DNA of 41,063 nt from an uncultured bacterium. Lineage in GTDB: Bacteria; Myxococcota_A; UBA796; CAJQPC01. Made by a program: the position numbers and the translations under genes. Positions 1 through 8,359 of the stretch are shown one piece after another. Within the stretch, counting starts at the first letter, position 1, and the number at the start of each line of letters is the position of its first letter. Under the pieces are notes generated by a model, which did no database searches, was not told the origin of the DNA, and saw nothing but the letters and a program-made list of their open reading frames with translations. The DNA lies in contig CAWVYO010000002.1 of assembly GCA_963934385.1 (NCBI GenBank), positions 1 through 41,063 of the forward strand. The letters are read 5' to 3'.

Positions 1-175
1 TGGAGTCTAGGTTACTTAGGACGCGCCCTTCTATGTCTACGCGCTCCTCCAGACCTCTTACATATGGGAGCAGGTTCTCGGCGTACGCACTCGGACAAAG
101 CGGCCCAGGGTTTCCATCAGAGACCATTCCCAGTGTTCCACCAGTGTGGATAAACAGAAGCTTCTTTTTAGCCAT
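1..175 (-). CDS. ansA: L-asparaginase type I, N-terminal part (runs off the window edge)
   Basis: My translation from ATG at 175 is MAKKKLLFIHTGGTLGMVSDGNPGPL...EGRVLSNLDS. It has the asparaginase TGGT(I/L)GM catalytic-Thr motif and the NxDS motif. A GAGG RBS lies upstream and there is no signal peptide. Not in the supplied ORF track because it is partial. Confidence 0.8.
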   Translation of the reverse strand, partial: MAKKKLLFIHTGGTLGMVSDGNPGPLCPSAYAENLLPYVRGLEERVDIEGRVLSNLDS

Positions 176-190
176 AGTTTTGGCCTCGGT

Positions 191-466
191 TTAAAAGCTG
201 TAGAGGATCTCATCATAGCAGACGCCATCGTTTAGCTCACTGCACGAGGATTCGCTGACACAGCCGAGGTAGTCAGTGAACGCCTCATCTAGCTCGGTAC
301 CATCCCAAACGTCTTCTTGTACGGCGCAGTCTAGTTGACAGGTCGCTTGAGTTGAAGAGGCGTTATCGAGCAAGTCGCACTCCAACAGCGCCTCACATGC
401 GCTAGAACAGGTGTCAGCGCAACCAGAGATGCCCCATAGAATGGTTAGTGTAAGTAGTCCCTTCAC
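191..466 (-). CDS. small Cys-rich lipoprotein (8 Cys in the mature part)
   Basis: Probable GTG start at 466, just after the upstream stop (the ORF track extends it to 475). Signal MKGLLTLTILWGISG-C with an ISGC lipobox. Pattern CxxxC-x5-C-x12-CxxxC-x21-C-x5-C-x7-C. Confidence 0.7.
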   Translation of the reverse strand: MKGLLTLTILWGISGCADTCSSACEALLECDLLDNASSTQATCQLDCAVQEDVWDGTELDEAFTDYLGCVSESSCSELNDGVCYDEILYSF

Positions 467-468
467 AG

Positions 469-843
469 TTACCAAACCGGCTGGCAGTAACCGCCGTTAG
501 CTGTATTTGTATCTAATCTATCGCAAGCCTGCAGGTCTACGCAGTCCATCCAGGCAGCAGCCTGCATCTCATTATCTAGAGAGATAGAAGAGGTTGAGCC
601 AGAGCGGCTATATGGGTCGTAATCACCTAGGTCGCCTGTATTGTCGAGTGCGAGTTCACAGTAACCCATGCACTTTTCAAACAACTCTGTTTGCCCATCA
701 GGAGCGGGGAAGCCGGCTCTCATAATGTTGCATTCATTTTCCATGTAGAGTTTTCGACATGTAGACTGGCAGGTGGGGCCAGCGAGACCACATCCAGTTA
801 TTGTGAGGGATCCTAATATGGAAAGAAGTGATAAAGCACGCAT
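469..843 (-). CDS. small Cys-rich lipoprotein, paralog of 191..466
   Basis: Probable ATG at 843 gives MRALSLLSILGSLTITG-C (ITGC lipobox). Pattern CxxxC-x8-C-x19-CxxxC-x42-C-x5-C-x12-C. Confidence 0.75.
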   Translation of the reverse strand: MRALSLLSILGSLTITGCGLAGPTCQSTCRKLYMENECNIMRAGFPAPDGQTELFEKCMGYCELALDNTGDLGDYDPYSRSGSTSSISLDNEMQAAAWMDCVDLQACDRLDTNTANGGYCQPVW

Positions 844-930
844 TTTGAGACTCCAAGTTTGCTCGAAGCATGGTATTTGACCCATAGAGAACAGTCAATT
901 GAAAAACAGTCAACTTACAGAGGTCTTACC

Positions 931-2115
931 TTGCATGTTTTACAGGTAACACCGTATTATCCGCCTACGTGGGCTTATGGTGGGATACCACGTATTGTTT
1001 ACGGGCTCTCAAGGGCGCTTGTCACTGCGGGGACTACTGTCTCTGTTTGGACGACTGACGCACTGGATGAAAGTAGCCGCTCCAAAGTACCAACTCATAG
1101 GGTTGATGAGGGTGTGAATGTTTTTGTCTCTAAGAACCTCTCGAATCGCCTAGCCTATGGTCAACAACTCTTCTTGCCTTTGAATTACAGGGCGGCGCTA
1201 GAATCTGTAGGACCGGTTGATTTGATTCACCTGCACGGGCACAGGCACCTTCTAAACAACGCAGCGATAGGTTTTGCTAAGCGCCATAATATACCGTGGG
1301 TAATGACACCAAACGGGACCCTGCCAAGACATGAAAACAAGGTAGCCCCCAAGGCAATCTGGGATGCGCTTATCGCCAACAGAGTTCCGGCTGGGGCGAG
1401 CAAGATGATAGCGGTGTCTGGAGTAGAAGTAGGTCAAATGCGTCGAGCTGGCATCCCTCAAGATAAGATAGCTCAAATTCCAAATGGGTTGACATTGGAG
1501 GAGTTCTCGAACCTCCCGCAAAAAGGATCTTTTCGAAACAAGTACAAAATTAAGGGTCCTATTGTCGCGTATCTCGGCCAGATATCTCCAAGAAAAGGGG
1601 TCTCACATCTTGTAGAGGCGTTTAGAGATCACAATATGATGGGGGCTACACTGGTTGTAGGTGGAAACGATATGGGTGCCATGGCTCAAGCAAAGAGCAT
1701 AGCCTCAACTGTGTCAGGCGAGCGGGTGATTTTTACTGGCCTGCTCGAAGGTGACGATCGCTTGGCTCTCCTGGTCGATGCCGATGTTCTCGTGTACCCC
1801 TCAACAGATGAGATCTTTGGTCTTGTCCCTTTTGAGGGTTTGTTATGTGGTGCGCCAGTTGTCGTGGGTGGTGACTGTGGTTGTGGGCAGCTAATCCAGC
1901 AGGCTGGCGCGGGGCTACTGGTAAAGCACGCTGACGTTGAGGGGCTTAGAGATAGAATATTGACTCTGCTGGGCGATAGAGTTGCAGCAGAGGCCATGGT
2001 TAATAGAGGGAAGAGCTACATTAACTCAAACCTGGGCTTCTCTAAGATTGCCCAAGACCACATTGCGCTCTACAATGCCGTATTAGATCGTCACAATAAA
2101 GAGAGGAAAATTTGA
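931..2115 (+). CDS. glycosyltransferase family 4 (GT-B fold)
   Basis: N-terminal HVLQVTPYYPP..YGGIP, RKG motif and ExFGLVxxE (EX7E) signature. Probable TTG start at 931 with AGAGGT RBS (ORF track starts at 859). Confidence 0.9.
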   Translation: MHVLQVTPYYPPTWAYGGIPRIVYGLSRALVTAGTTVSVWTTDALDESSRSKVPTHRVDEGVNVFVSKNLSNRLAYGQQLFLPLNYRAALESVGPVDLIHLHGHRHLLNNAAIGFAKRHNIPWVMTPNGTLPRHENKVAPKAIWDALIANRVPAGASKMIAVSGVEVGQMRRAGIPQDKIAQIPNGLTLEEFSNLPQKGSFRNKYKIKGPIVAYLGQISPRKGVSHLVEAFRDHNMMGATLVVGGNDMGAMAQAKSIASTVSGERVIFTGLLEGDDRLALLVDADVLVYPSTDEIFGLVPFEGLLCGAPVVVGGDCGCGQLIQQAGAGLLVKHADVEGLRDRILTLLGDRVAAEAMVNRGKSYINSNLGFSKIAQDHIALYNAVLDRHNKERKI

Positions 2116-3863
2116 AGGACGCGCCAGAGAAACAGGCTGATGATAGCGCTCAAACCGTAAAGGTTTGGTTGCTCTGGGCTGTGTTGATTGCGCTAATAGC
2201 TCTTGTCTGGAGTAACGGTCTCCACGGCGAGTTTACCTACGACGACAAACTGGAGGTCGTTGGGAATCGAACCATTCGCATGTTGAGCGAGTGGGGTGTT
2301 GTGGCCTCCTACAACCCAGCAAGGGTGTTTGTCATTGGCTCTTACGCTATTAATTATCACTACGCTGGGGCGGACCCATTTCTATATCATATGGTAGATG
2401 TCGCTATTCATATGGTGTGTGCTGGTTTGGCTATGCTGTTTGTCTCGACATTGGCGAGAAGCATAGGAGTGGCCAACCACCTTCGTGTCGGGTTTGTATC
2501 GGCTTTACTCTGGTCGCTTCACCCCCTAACAACCGAGGCGGTAACCTACACAACAGGTCGATCAGAGCAGCTGGTGGCGCTGTTTGGGTTGTGGGCTTGC
2601 TGGCTTTGGACGAGGTGGTTGGTTGAGAGAGAGCGTAGCCTCTGGATTACTGCTTGGTTGGGTGTCGCTTTAGCTTGTCTGTGCAAGGAGAATGCGGTGG
2701 TTATTCCCGCTGTGTTTTTGGTGATAGACATAGCCCTTTCTAGTCGCCAGACTACCAAGGGTCGCCCTAGTATTTTACGTAGAACAGCCCCTTACCTTCC
2801 AGGGTTGTTCATGTTGATCTTCGCTTTCGGTCTGAGGTTAAAACTTCATGGTGTTCTGACTACACCAACCCCTATGCGGGATCTTTTAAGCCAGGTGATG
2901 ACTGAGGCAATAGTTACGTGGCGGTACCTGTTTTTGTCTGTATTACCTATCGGTCAGACCGTATTTCATGACCAAGCTGAAGTTGGGGTTACCCCACTGT
3001 CGTTACTGGCTCTGGTTGGGATGTTGTCGGTCGTCGCTTTCGCTGTTGTTAGGAGATCTCGGAACCTGTTTTTATCTGTGGCAGTAGGCTGGTTCTTGCT
3101 GTTTTTGGCGCCTACTTTTATTGTTCCACTCAAAGAGACAATGGCCGAACACAGAGCGTTTATCGGGCTCTTAGGTGTGGCATGGTCTGTAGCTTGGCTA
3201 CTAGAGCTATTGGGTAATCGCCCTCGGCAGGTGGTAACATTTGTTATCGTTGCGGCGCTGGGGTTAGCCACTGTCCAGCGAAACAGTGTTTGGTCTACAG
3301 AGGTAACGCTCTGGGAGGAGGCAACACAGAGATCTCCAGAGTCAGCAGAGGCTTGGTATGGCTTTGGAGAGGCTCAACGATATACTTTAGCGAACCCAGA
3401 GCTCCCCGAGGCCGAAGCAGATAGATTGAACCCCGTTTCTGCATTTAGTAGGGCTGTTGAGTTAGACCCAGAGTACAAAGAGGCCTGGAACAAGCTCGGA
3501 ATATCACAGGCCGAGTTGGGTAATACTGACGTGGCAATCCAAGCTTGGCAGGAGGCGCTTCGAATAGACCCTCAGTACTGTAAACCACATACAAATTGGG
3601 GTAAGGCTCTTGCGCAGATGGGGCGTAACGTAGAGAGTTTAGAGGAGTTTCAGAGTGCACTGACGTGGTGCCCAGACAACGCGACTGCCCACTATTTCGC
3701 GGGATTGCTGTTCGATCAACGCATGAATGATGTAGAGAAGGCTCGCTTTCACTACGAGACCCTTCTAGAAATAGAGCCTACATTTGGCTGCCCGTTTGGG
3801 TTGGCTGGAGGGCAGTGTGTTGCTGAGGAGGTTCGTCAGCGGATCTTAGAGCTGACCTGGTAG
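2112..3863 (+). CDS. TMTC-like multi-TM GT-C protein with C-terminal TPR repeats (putative protein O-mannosyl/glycosyltransferase)
   Basis: FTYDD after TM1 (DD at 2241..2246), Y(N/R)P motif, LHPLTTEAVTYTTGRSEQL, CKENAV and EHRAF. About 10-11 TM segments are followed by WSTEVTLWE and TPRs (AWYGFG, AWNKLG, PHTNWG, AHYFAG). TTGA overlap with the GT4 stop. Confidence 0.85.
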   Translation: MKDAPEKQADDSAQTVKVWLLWAVLIALIALVWSNGLHGEFTYDDKLEVVGNRTIRMLSEWGVVASYNPARVFVIGSYAINYHYAGADPFLYHMVDVAIHMVCAGLAMLFVSTLARSIGVANHLRVGFVSALLWSLHPLTTEAVTYTTGRSEQLVALFGLWACWLWTRWLVERERSLWITAWLGVALACLCKENAVVIPAVFLVIDIALSSRQTTKGRPSILRRTAPYLPGLFMLIFAFGLRLKLHGVLTTPTPMRDLLSQVMTEAIVTWRYLFLSVLPIGQTVFHDQAEVGVTPLSLLALVGMLSVVAFAVVRRSRNLFLSVAVGWFLLFLAPTFIVPLKETMAEHRAFIGLLGVAWSVAWLLELLGNRPRQVVTFVIVAALGLATVQRNSVWSTEVTLWEEATQRSPESAEAWYGFGEAQRYTLANPELPEAEADRLNPVSAFSRAVELDPEYKEAWNKLGISQAELGNTDVAIQAWQEALRIDPQYCKPHTNWGKALAQMGRNVESLEEFQSALTWCPDNATAHYFAGLLFDQRMNDVEKARFHYETLLEIEPTFGCPFGLAGGQCVAEEVRQRILELTW

Positions 3864-5194
3864 TTGAGCATTATTCCACCTAGCCTCATCATCTCGCCTA
3901 CACTGCCAGAGTTCACAGCGTCTCGCCCAATACGCCACATGGGGGTGGGTCTGAAGTAGAAACCTCTCCAAGCATCACGCATTAGTTTGGAGAGCTCTCG
4001 GGCTGGTATTTCGGTTATTGTAGGTCGGCTGAGGTCTGAATCTACAGGGCTCAACACATTGACAGGCTCAATGTCGGATCCCAACTCAGTGCCTGGCAGT
4101 GCCGAAAGCGTGGAGTATTGAACGTAGTCAGCGCCGATCTCTTTTATAAACCTAGTAGTCTGTCTTACCTCTTTGGCGGTTTCGCCGGGAATGCCCAAAA
4201 TGGCATATGCCATTGTTCTTAGTCCGGCCTCACGAGTTTCGGAGAAGGCCTGGATTACTCTCTCGATGGTCACATCTTTTCTCAACTTGAGTAGGCTTTC
4301 TCGGTTTCCTGACTCAACTCCGTATGCGACCACGCGGCACCCAGCGAGATACATGAGCTTTAGTAGGGCGTGATCTACACCGTCTACCCGACCTTCACAT
4401 TTCCAGTGAATATCTAAACCACGCCTAATTATCTCATTGCAAATATTCACGACCCTTGAGCGTTTCAGGGTGAAGTTGTCGTCATAGATATTGATAAAAC
4501 CCACGCCACCGCGCGAAAGCTCCTCCATTTCGTCGACTACGTCAGTGGCATTTCTAGCTCTCCAGCTGCTCCCAGAAATAGATTTGTCGCAGAATGTGCA
4601 CCGGAACGGGCAGCCCCTAGATGTGATTATCGTTGCAAAGCCACGTCTCGTAGCCATTAGGTATCGATATTCTGCTCCTTGAAGCAGGTGTCGTGCAGGT
4701 CTAGCTATATCTTCGATGGATCTGGATATTTTTGCTTCCCTAAATGAGGTGCTTCGCGTCATCACTCCATCTGGCGGGGTTCCAGTTTCACCCTGCTCTA
4801 GCCATTTCACATAGGGGGCTATCACCTCTTCCCCTTCTCCTATAACTAAGTGGTCTATTTCGTTGCATTCTGTGAAGATTTTGGCTCTAACAGCGGTGGC
4901 GTGAGGCCCTCCGACTACAATCCACTTCGTATATGGTCTCACTATCTTAGCAGCTCTGTAGGCGATGTCTGCCGTGGGGGTCATTGTTCCAAGACCTACC
5001 ATGTCAGGTCGAGTTGTCTCAATATACCTCTCGAACTCTTCCCAGCCTACACCTAGACCAACGGCGTCAAAAATGTCAACGTCATAGCCAGCTTCGACCA
5101 ATGCGGACGCTACGTAAGCGAGACCCAGCGGTGGAACAGGTAGTCCAGCGTCTCGAGCATCTCGCCTTGGGGGGCGGGTAAGTAGGATTTTCAC
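3836..5194 (-). CDS. cobalamin-binding radical SAM protein (class B methyltransferase-like)
   Basis: N-terminal B12-binding domain (PPLGLAYVASAL, VVGGPHAT), TSRGCPFRCTFC (CX3CX2C), DDNFT and YGVESG. Probable GTG start at 5194 gives MKILLTRPP (ORF track 5212). Confidence 0.9.
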   Translation of the reverse strand: MKILLTRPPRRDARDAGLPVPPLGLAYVASALVEAGYDVDIFDAVGLGVGWEEFERYIETTRPDMVGLGTMTPTADIAYRAAKIVRPYTKWIVVGGPHATAVRAKIFTECNEIDHLVIGEGEEVIAPYVKWLEQGETGTPPDGVMTRSTSFREAKISRSIEDIARPARHLLQGAEYRYLMATRRGFATIITSRGCPFRCTFCDKSISGSSWRARNATDVVDEMEELSRGGVGFINIYDDNFTLKRSRVVNICNEIIRRGLDIHWKCEGRVDGVDHALLKLMYLAGCRVVAYGVESGNRESLLKLRKDVTIERVIQAFSETREAGLRTMAYAILGIPGETAKEVRQTTRFIKEIGADYVQYSTLSALPGTELGSDIEPVNVLSPVDSDLSRPTITEIPARELSKLMRDAWRGFYFRPTPMWRIGRDAVNSGSVGEMMRLGGIMLNYQVSSKIR

Positions 5195-5235
5195 TCTATG
5201 AGTGTAACCCATGGTTATGCCTCAGGTAAACTCAT

Positions 5236-5961
5236 TTAGCCTTGAACCAATCGCCCTTTGGTTACTTTCCAGCCAGTTGGTGGGTTTGCGACCATGTACT
5301 CCTGCGTGTCGCCAAGTAGCCATCGGCGCCCACCCGCTATCTCAGCGATCCTTACACGAACTCGGTTTGATTCTTCTCTATCATTAGATAAAGCGCCGAG
5401 TAGCCCTTTTCGAATCTCTTCAGTCTCTGTTTGAGCAGCTAAGACCTCTATGGCGCCAAAGCGCACACCTTCGTCAAAGTCCCCTAAAAATGGTAGCGCT
5501 TTGGCTCCAGCACGTTCGTCTTGGAACTCGGCAAGCTTAATGAGTAGAGATTTTTTCTTGTCCGGTTTCAACTCCGATTTTGCGGACTCAATAGCGAGTA
5601 ATTCAAATATCAGTTTTAACGTTTTATCATTGCCAGATATCTGCTGATAGAGAGCTAGAGGTCTAGCGAACTGCTTGCTTCTTCTTAGGAAATGTTCGAT
5701 AGCAGGGAGCGCTGTTTGGTCTAATTCTAGTACAAGAGCTTGAACAGCATCCTTTTCTTGAGAATCCTTCATGAGGTGCTCGTAGGTCATCTCAAACCTG
5801 CCCAATAGGGCCATTATTGCCTCGGTCGATCCGTTCTCAGCCAGCCAGTAGGCCGAGGCTATACGGTCCTCTTGTTGAGCATCCTTTTTCTTAATTCTGG
5901 TGGCATGCTTACCAATTTGCTTCTCAATTGATCCACCACTAAAAAAATCGAATAATCCCAT
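5236..5961 (-). CDS. HEAT-repeat protein, resembling a conserved myxobacterial family
   Basis: All-helical. HEAT-like LPFLGDFDEGVRFGAIEVLA. MGLFDFF start and ...DxxEK...PDKK... pattern recalled from Myxococcota proteins. AAGGAG RBS. Confidence 0.7.
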   Translation of the reverse strand: MGLFDFFSGGSIEKQIGKHATRIKKKDAQQEDRIASAYWLAENGSTEAIMALLGRFEMTYEHLMKDSQEKDAVQALVLELDQTALPAIEHFLRRSKQFARPLALYQQISGNDKTLKLIFELLAIESAKSELKPDKKKSLLIKLAEFQDERAGAKALPFLGDFDEGVRFGAIEVLAAQTETEEIRKGLLGALSNDREESNRVRVRIAEIAGGRRWLLGDTQEYMVANPPTGWKVTKGRLVQG

Positions 5962-6004
5962 CTTTAACTCCTTTCACGTACTCTCTAATTCACTCAGAGT
6001 GGGT

Positions 6005-6769
6005 TTAATCACCATTTGCCGTAGGACAAGCCCACATCCTGTGAATTGAGGCAGAGATCGAGTAATCGCCCGCCGCCGGTGAGAGACCTGCGGTGCTATT
6101 TAATCCGTACCCCCAGTTCCCATGTTTTCGTTCAACCCCTAGCCCTACCTTTAGATCTAGTGGGTTCCTAGGCGATTCTAGCCTAGCTATTACTCTGCCA
6201 CGAAAATTAAAATTACGGAGACTTGTGTCTATGGCAGCCCCAACTAGCATCACGTCGTCTTGGTTTGCGTACTGGAGTGGATCCCCTAAAATCTGTAACT
6301 CTCCTCCTGCCACTAATCCTATGTGGTCGTTACTCCAGCGCCCATAAGCACCTACTGAGACATCGGTCTCGTCTGTGCCTAACCCAGAGGTGTCTTGAGC
6401 ATTTGGCATTTTAGTGCTCCAGTCGAGCCATAAGGAGCTGTTTGAGCGTTCAAATATACGCCATGACGTACCTAATTTAATGTCGCCTGGACCGCTTATG
6501 GTCTCGCCGTTTGGCCAAGATACGCTCTGTGCCGAGCTAGTAATTCTAACTCCGACTGTATCGTTAGTGTACCACGATCCTGAGAGCTCAAGTTTTAGCT
6601 CATCTCTTGGTGAGACTGAGAAGTTGGGAACAACACCGCTTATTTGCTCGACATTCAGACACACTTCGCATGAAATTCTTTCACCAAAAACACCCAATGG
6701 AGAAAAAGGATCGACCTGTACGCTGGCAAGGGTTGGTAAAGACCAAAAAAGCGGTACTAATACTCTCAT
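6005..6769 (-). CDS. putative outer-membrane beta-barrel (MetA-pathway/CoxB-like transporter type)
   Basis: Signal peptide, alternating amphipathic strands, GPGDIKLG and KMPNAQDTSGLGTDETD (compare family GxGD..LG and LPTG...GLGxG..D). Confidence 0.55.
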   Translation of the reverse strand: MRVLVPLFWSLPTLASVQVDPFSPLGVFGERISCEVCLNVEQISGVVPNFSVSPRDELKLELSGSWYTNDTVGVRITSSAQSVSWPNGETISGPGDIKLGTSWRIFERSNSSLWLDWSTKMPNAQDTSGLGTDETDVSVGAYGRWSNDHIGLVAGGELQILGDPLQYANQDDVMLVGAAIDTSLRNFNFRGRVIARLESPRNPLDLKVGLGVERKHGNWGYGLNSTAGLSPAAGDYSISASIHRMWACPTANGD

Positions 6770-6839
6770 CTAATGATCTTTAAGTATGATATTTTGTAGT
6801 GCTTCACTTGTGTTTCAACTTGTTAGGTTTACTGTATTA

Positions 6840-6868
6840 TTGACTATAGTTATAGCTAAATGTAGAGT
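6840..6868 (+). promoter_or_regulatory. candidate sigma70-type promoter for the PKD/GT-C operon
   Basis: TTGACT (6840..6845), 17 nt spacer, TAGAGT (6863..6868), in an AT-rich divergent intergenic region. Confidence 0.35.
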
Positions 6869-6958
6869 ACCTCGTCTAAGTGTACTAAACTATATTTCAA
6901 CGGGTTCTTCTGTTTTTTAGGTATTAGCCGCTGCACTTTTGTCGGCTTGGAGCAGGAT

Positions 6959-8338
6959 ATGAGAAAAAAAAATCAAATCGTCGATTTAGCTTCAGCAGTT
7001 CTTATAACTGTTGTTTTGTCTGGTTGTGGCGGTAAACAGGACGATTCAGCCATGGCTTATTGTAAGCCTACAGCCAACGCTGGTGAGAACTTTAGCGTGT
7101 CTCTGGGGCAATCAGTGACCTTAAGTGGTAGTGAGTCAGGGTATGGAGATGGCTGCCAAACATACTCAAATACATATGTTTGGGGGTTTGACGCTGTACC
7201 TGTTGATTCAAACGTAGATGAAGGATCACTCACTGACAACAACACTGGCAACTCAGTAAGCACTGCATTTGTTCCAGATAACGTTGGAACATATGTGATC
7301 TCACTAGTCGTCTGTGACATCGTTGAATGTTCTGATCCAGACCTTATCGTCTTGACGGTTTCAGTTAGTGATTCAGTGCCAACTGCAGACGCTGGTCCGG
7401 ATGTCTTCAGCATGGTGGACGAGAGAGTTGAGTTGGACGGCTCAGGATCAAGCGACCCTGAAAATTCTCCAGTAGAGTTTTCGTGGTCTCTATCTTCATC
7501 TCCAGAGTGTTCATCGCTAGAGTCTGACGCTATCTACAACCCGAGCACTGCGATACCGGCATTTATACCAGACTGTGAGGGTGTATTTGTGGTCGCTCTT
7601 GTTGTAACAGATGGCACGTCGTGGTCTGACCCAGACTTCGTAGCAGTCACTGCCTCATCAACAAACCAGTCGCCAATCGCAGATGCCGGTGATTCCGCCA
7701 CACTTGAGCCATGTGTGGGTGCCTCTATTCCACTGAATGGGTTTGGCTCCTATGATCCAGAAGGCGAAAACCTTGAGTACGCTTGGTCTCTAATAGAAGT
7801 TCCAACAGATTCTGTGTCGACTGACGCCAACTTCAATGACCACACTTTAGGTGATGCTAAGTTCACTTGGGATACAGAGGGTAGCTACTCTTTCCAACTC
7901 CAAGTATTTGATGGACTATTTTGGTCGGCACCAGATGTGGTAACATATACTATTCAAGCTGATTATCAGAACCATCCACCCGTAGCCAATGGTGGTGGTG
8001 ATCAGACAGTAGACATTGAGACTGACTGCACCACTTCAGATTACACGGCTTGGACCTGTGAAGATTGCGGAGACGTCGAGTTTGACCTAGACGGATCTGG
8101 GACCTTTGATCAAGACGGCGACTCTCTTGATTACGGCTGGACTGATGTTGATGGGGGTCTAACGATGACAGGTACCCATACTACTTTCGCGACAGCTACC
8201 GTGCCATCTCAACCTTCCGAGTATGAAGTCACTACAAGCGAGAGCTTCAATGTCTCTCTTGAAGTCGAGGACTGTATGTATTCCGATACTGACTCGATCG
8301 TTCTAACAGTGACCTGTACTGGATCTTCAGCTAACTAA
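6959..8338 (+). CDS. lipoprotein with four PKD-like (KIAA0319/REJ-type) beta-sandwich repeats
   Basis: ATG at 6959 after GGAGCAGGA; LSGC lipobox. Repeats begin PTANAG, PTADAG, PIADAG and PVANGG, followed by LxGSxSxDPExxxLxYxW and GxYxxxLxVxD. Confidence 0.8.
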   Translation: MRKKNQIVDLASAVLITVVLSGCGGKQDDSAMAYCKPTANAGENFSVSLGQSVTLSGSESGYGDGCQTYSNTYVWGFDAVPVDSNVDEGSLTDNNTGNSVSTAFVPDNVGTYVISLVVCDIVECSDPDLIVLTVSVSDSVPTADAGPDVFSMVDERVELDGSGSSDPENSPVEFSWSLSSSPECSSLESDAIYNPSTAIPAFIPDCEGVFVVALVVTDGTSWSDPDFVAVTASSTNQSPIADAGDSATLEPCVGASIPLNGFGSYDPEGENLEYAWSLIEVPTDSVSTDANFNDHTLGDAKFTWDTEGSYSFQLQVFDGLFWSAPDVVTYTIQADYQNHPPVANGGGDQTVDIETDCTTSDYTAWTCEDCGDVEFDLDGSGTFDQDGDSLDYGWTDVDGGLTMTGTHTTFATATVPSQPSEYEVTTSESFNVSLEVEDCMYSDTDSIVLTVTCTGSSAN

Positions 8339-8359
8339 TATAATAGACTGGAACTCATT

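Noticed and set aside
859-930. Extended N-termini given by the ORF track (also 844..885, 6947, 16980, 20673, 20726, 30736)
   Set aside because: Downstream starts have better RBS matches and restore normal signal peptides or family N-termini. The 859 and 885 extensions would also overlap head-to-head.
3836-5194. Naming the radical SAM gene hpnP, hpnJ or bchE
   Set aside because: Only generic B12/radical SAM motifs are visible, and there are no hopanoid or chlorophyll genes nearby.
5991-6001. CACTC-A-GAGTG hairpin as a terminator
   Set aside because: The stem is only 5 bp with a 1-nt loop and no U tract; it is likely chance.
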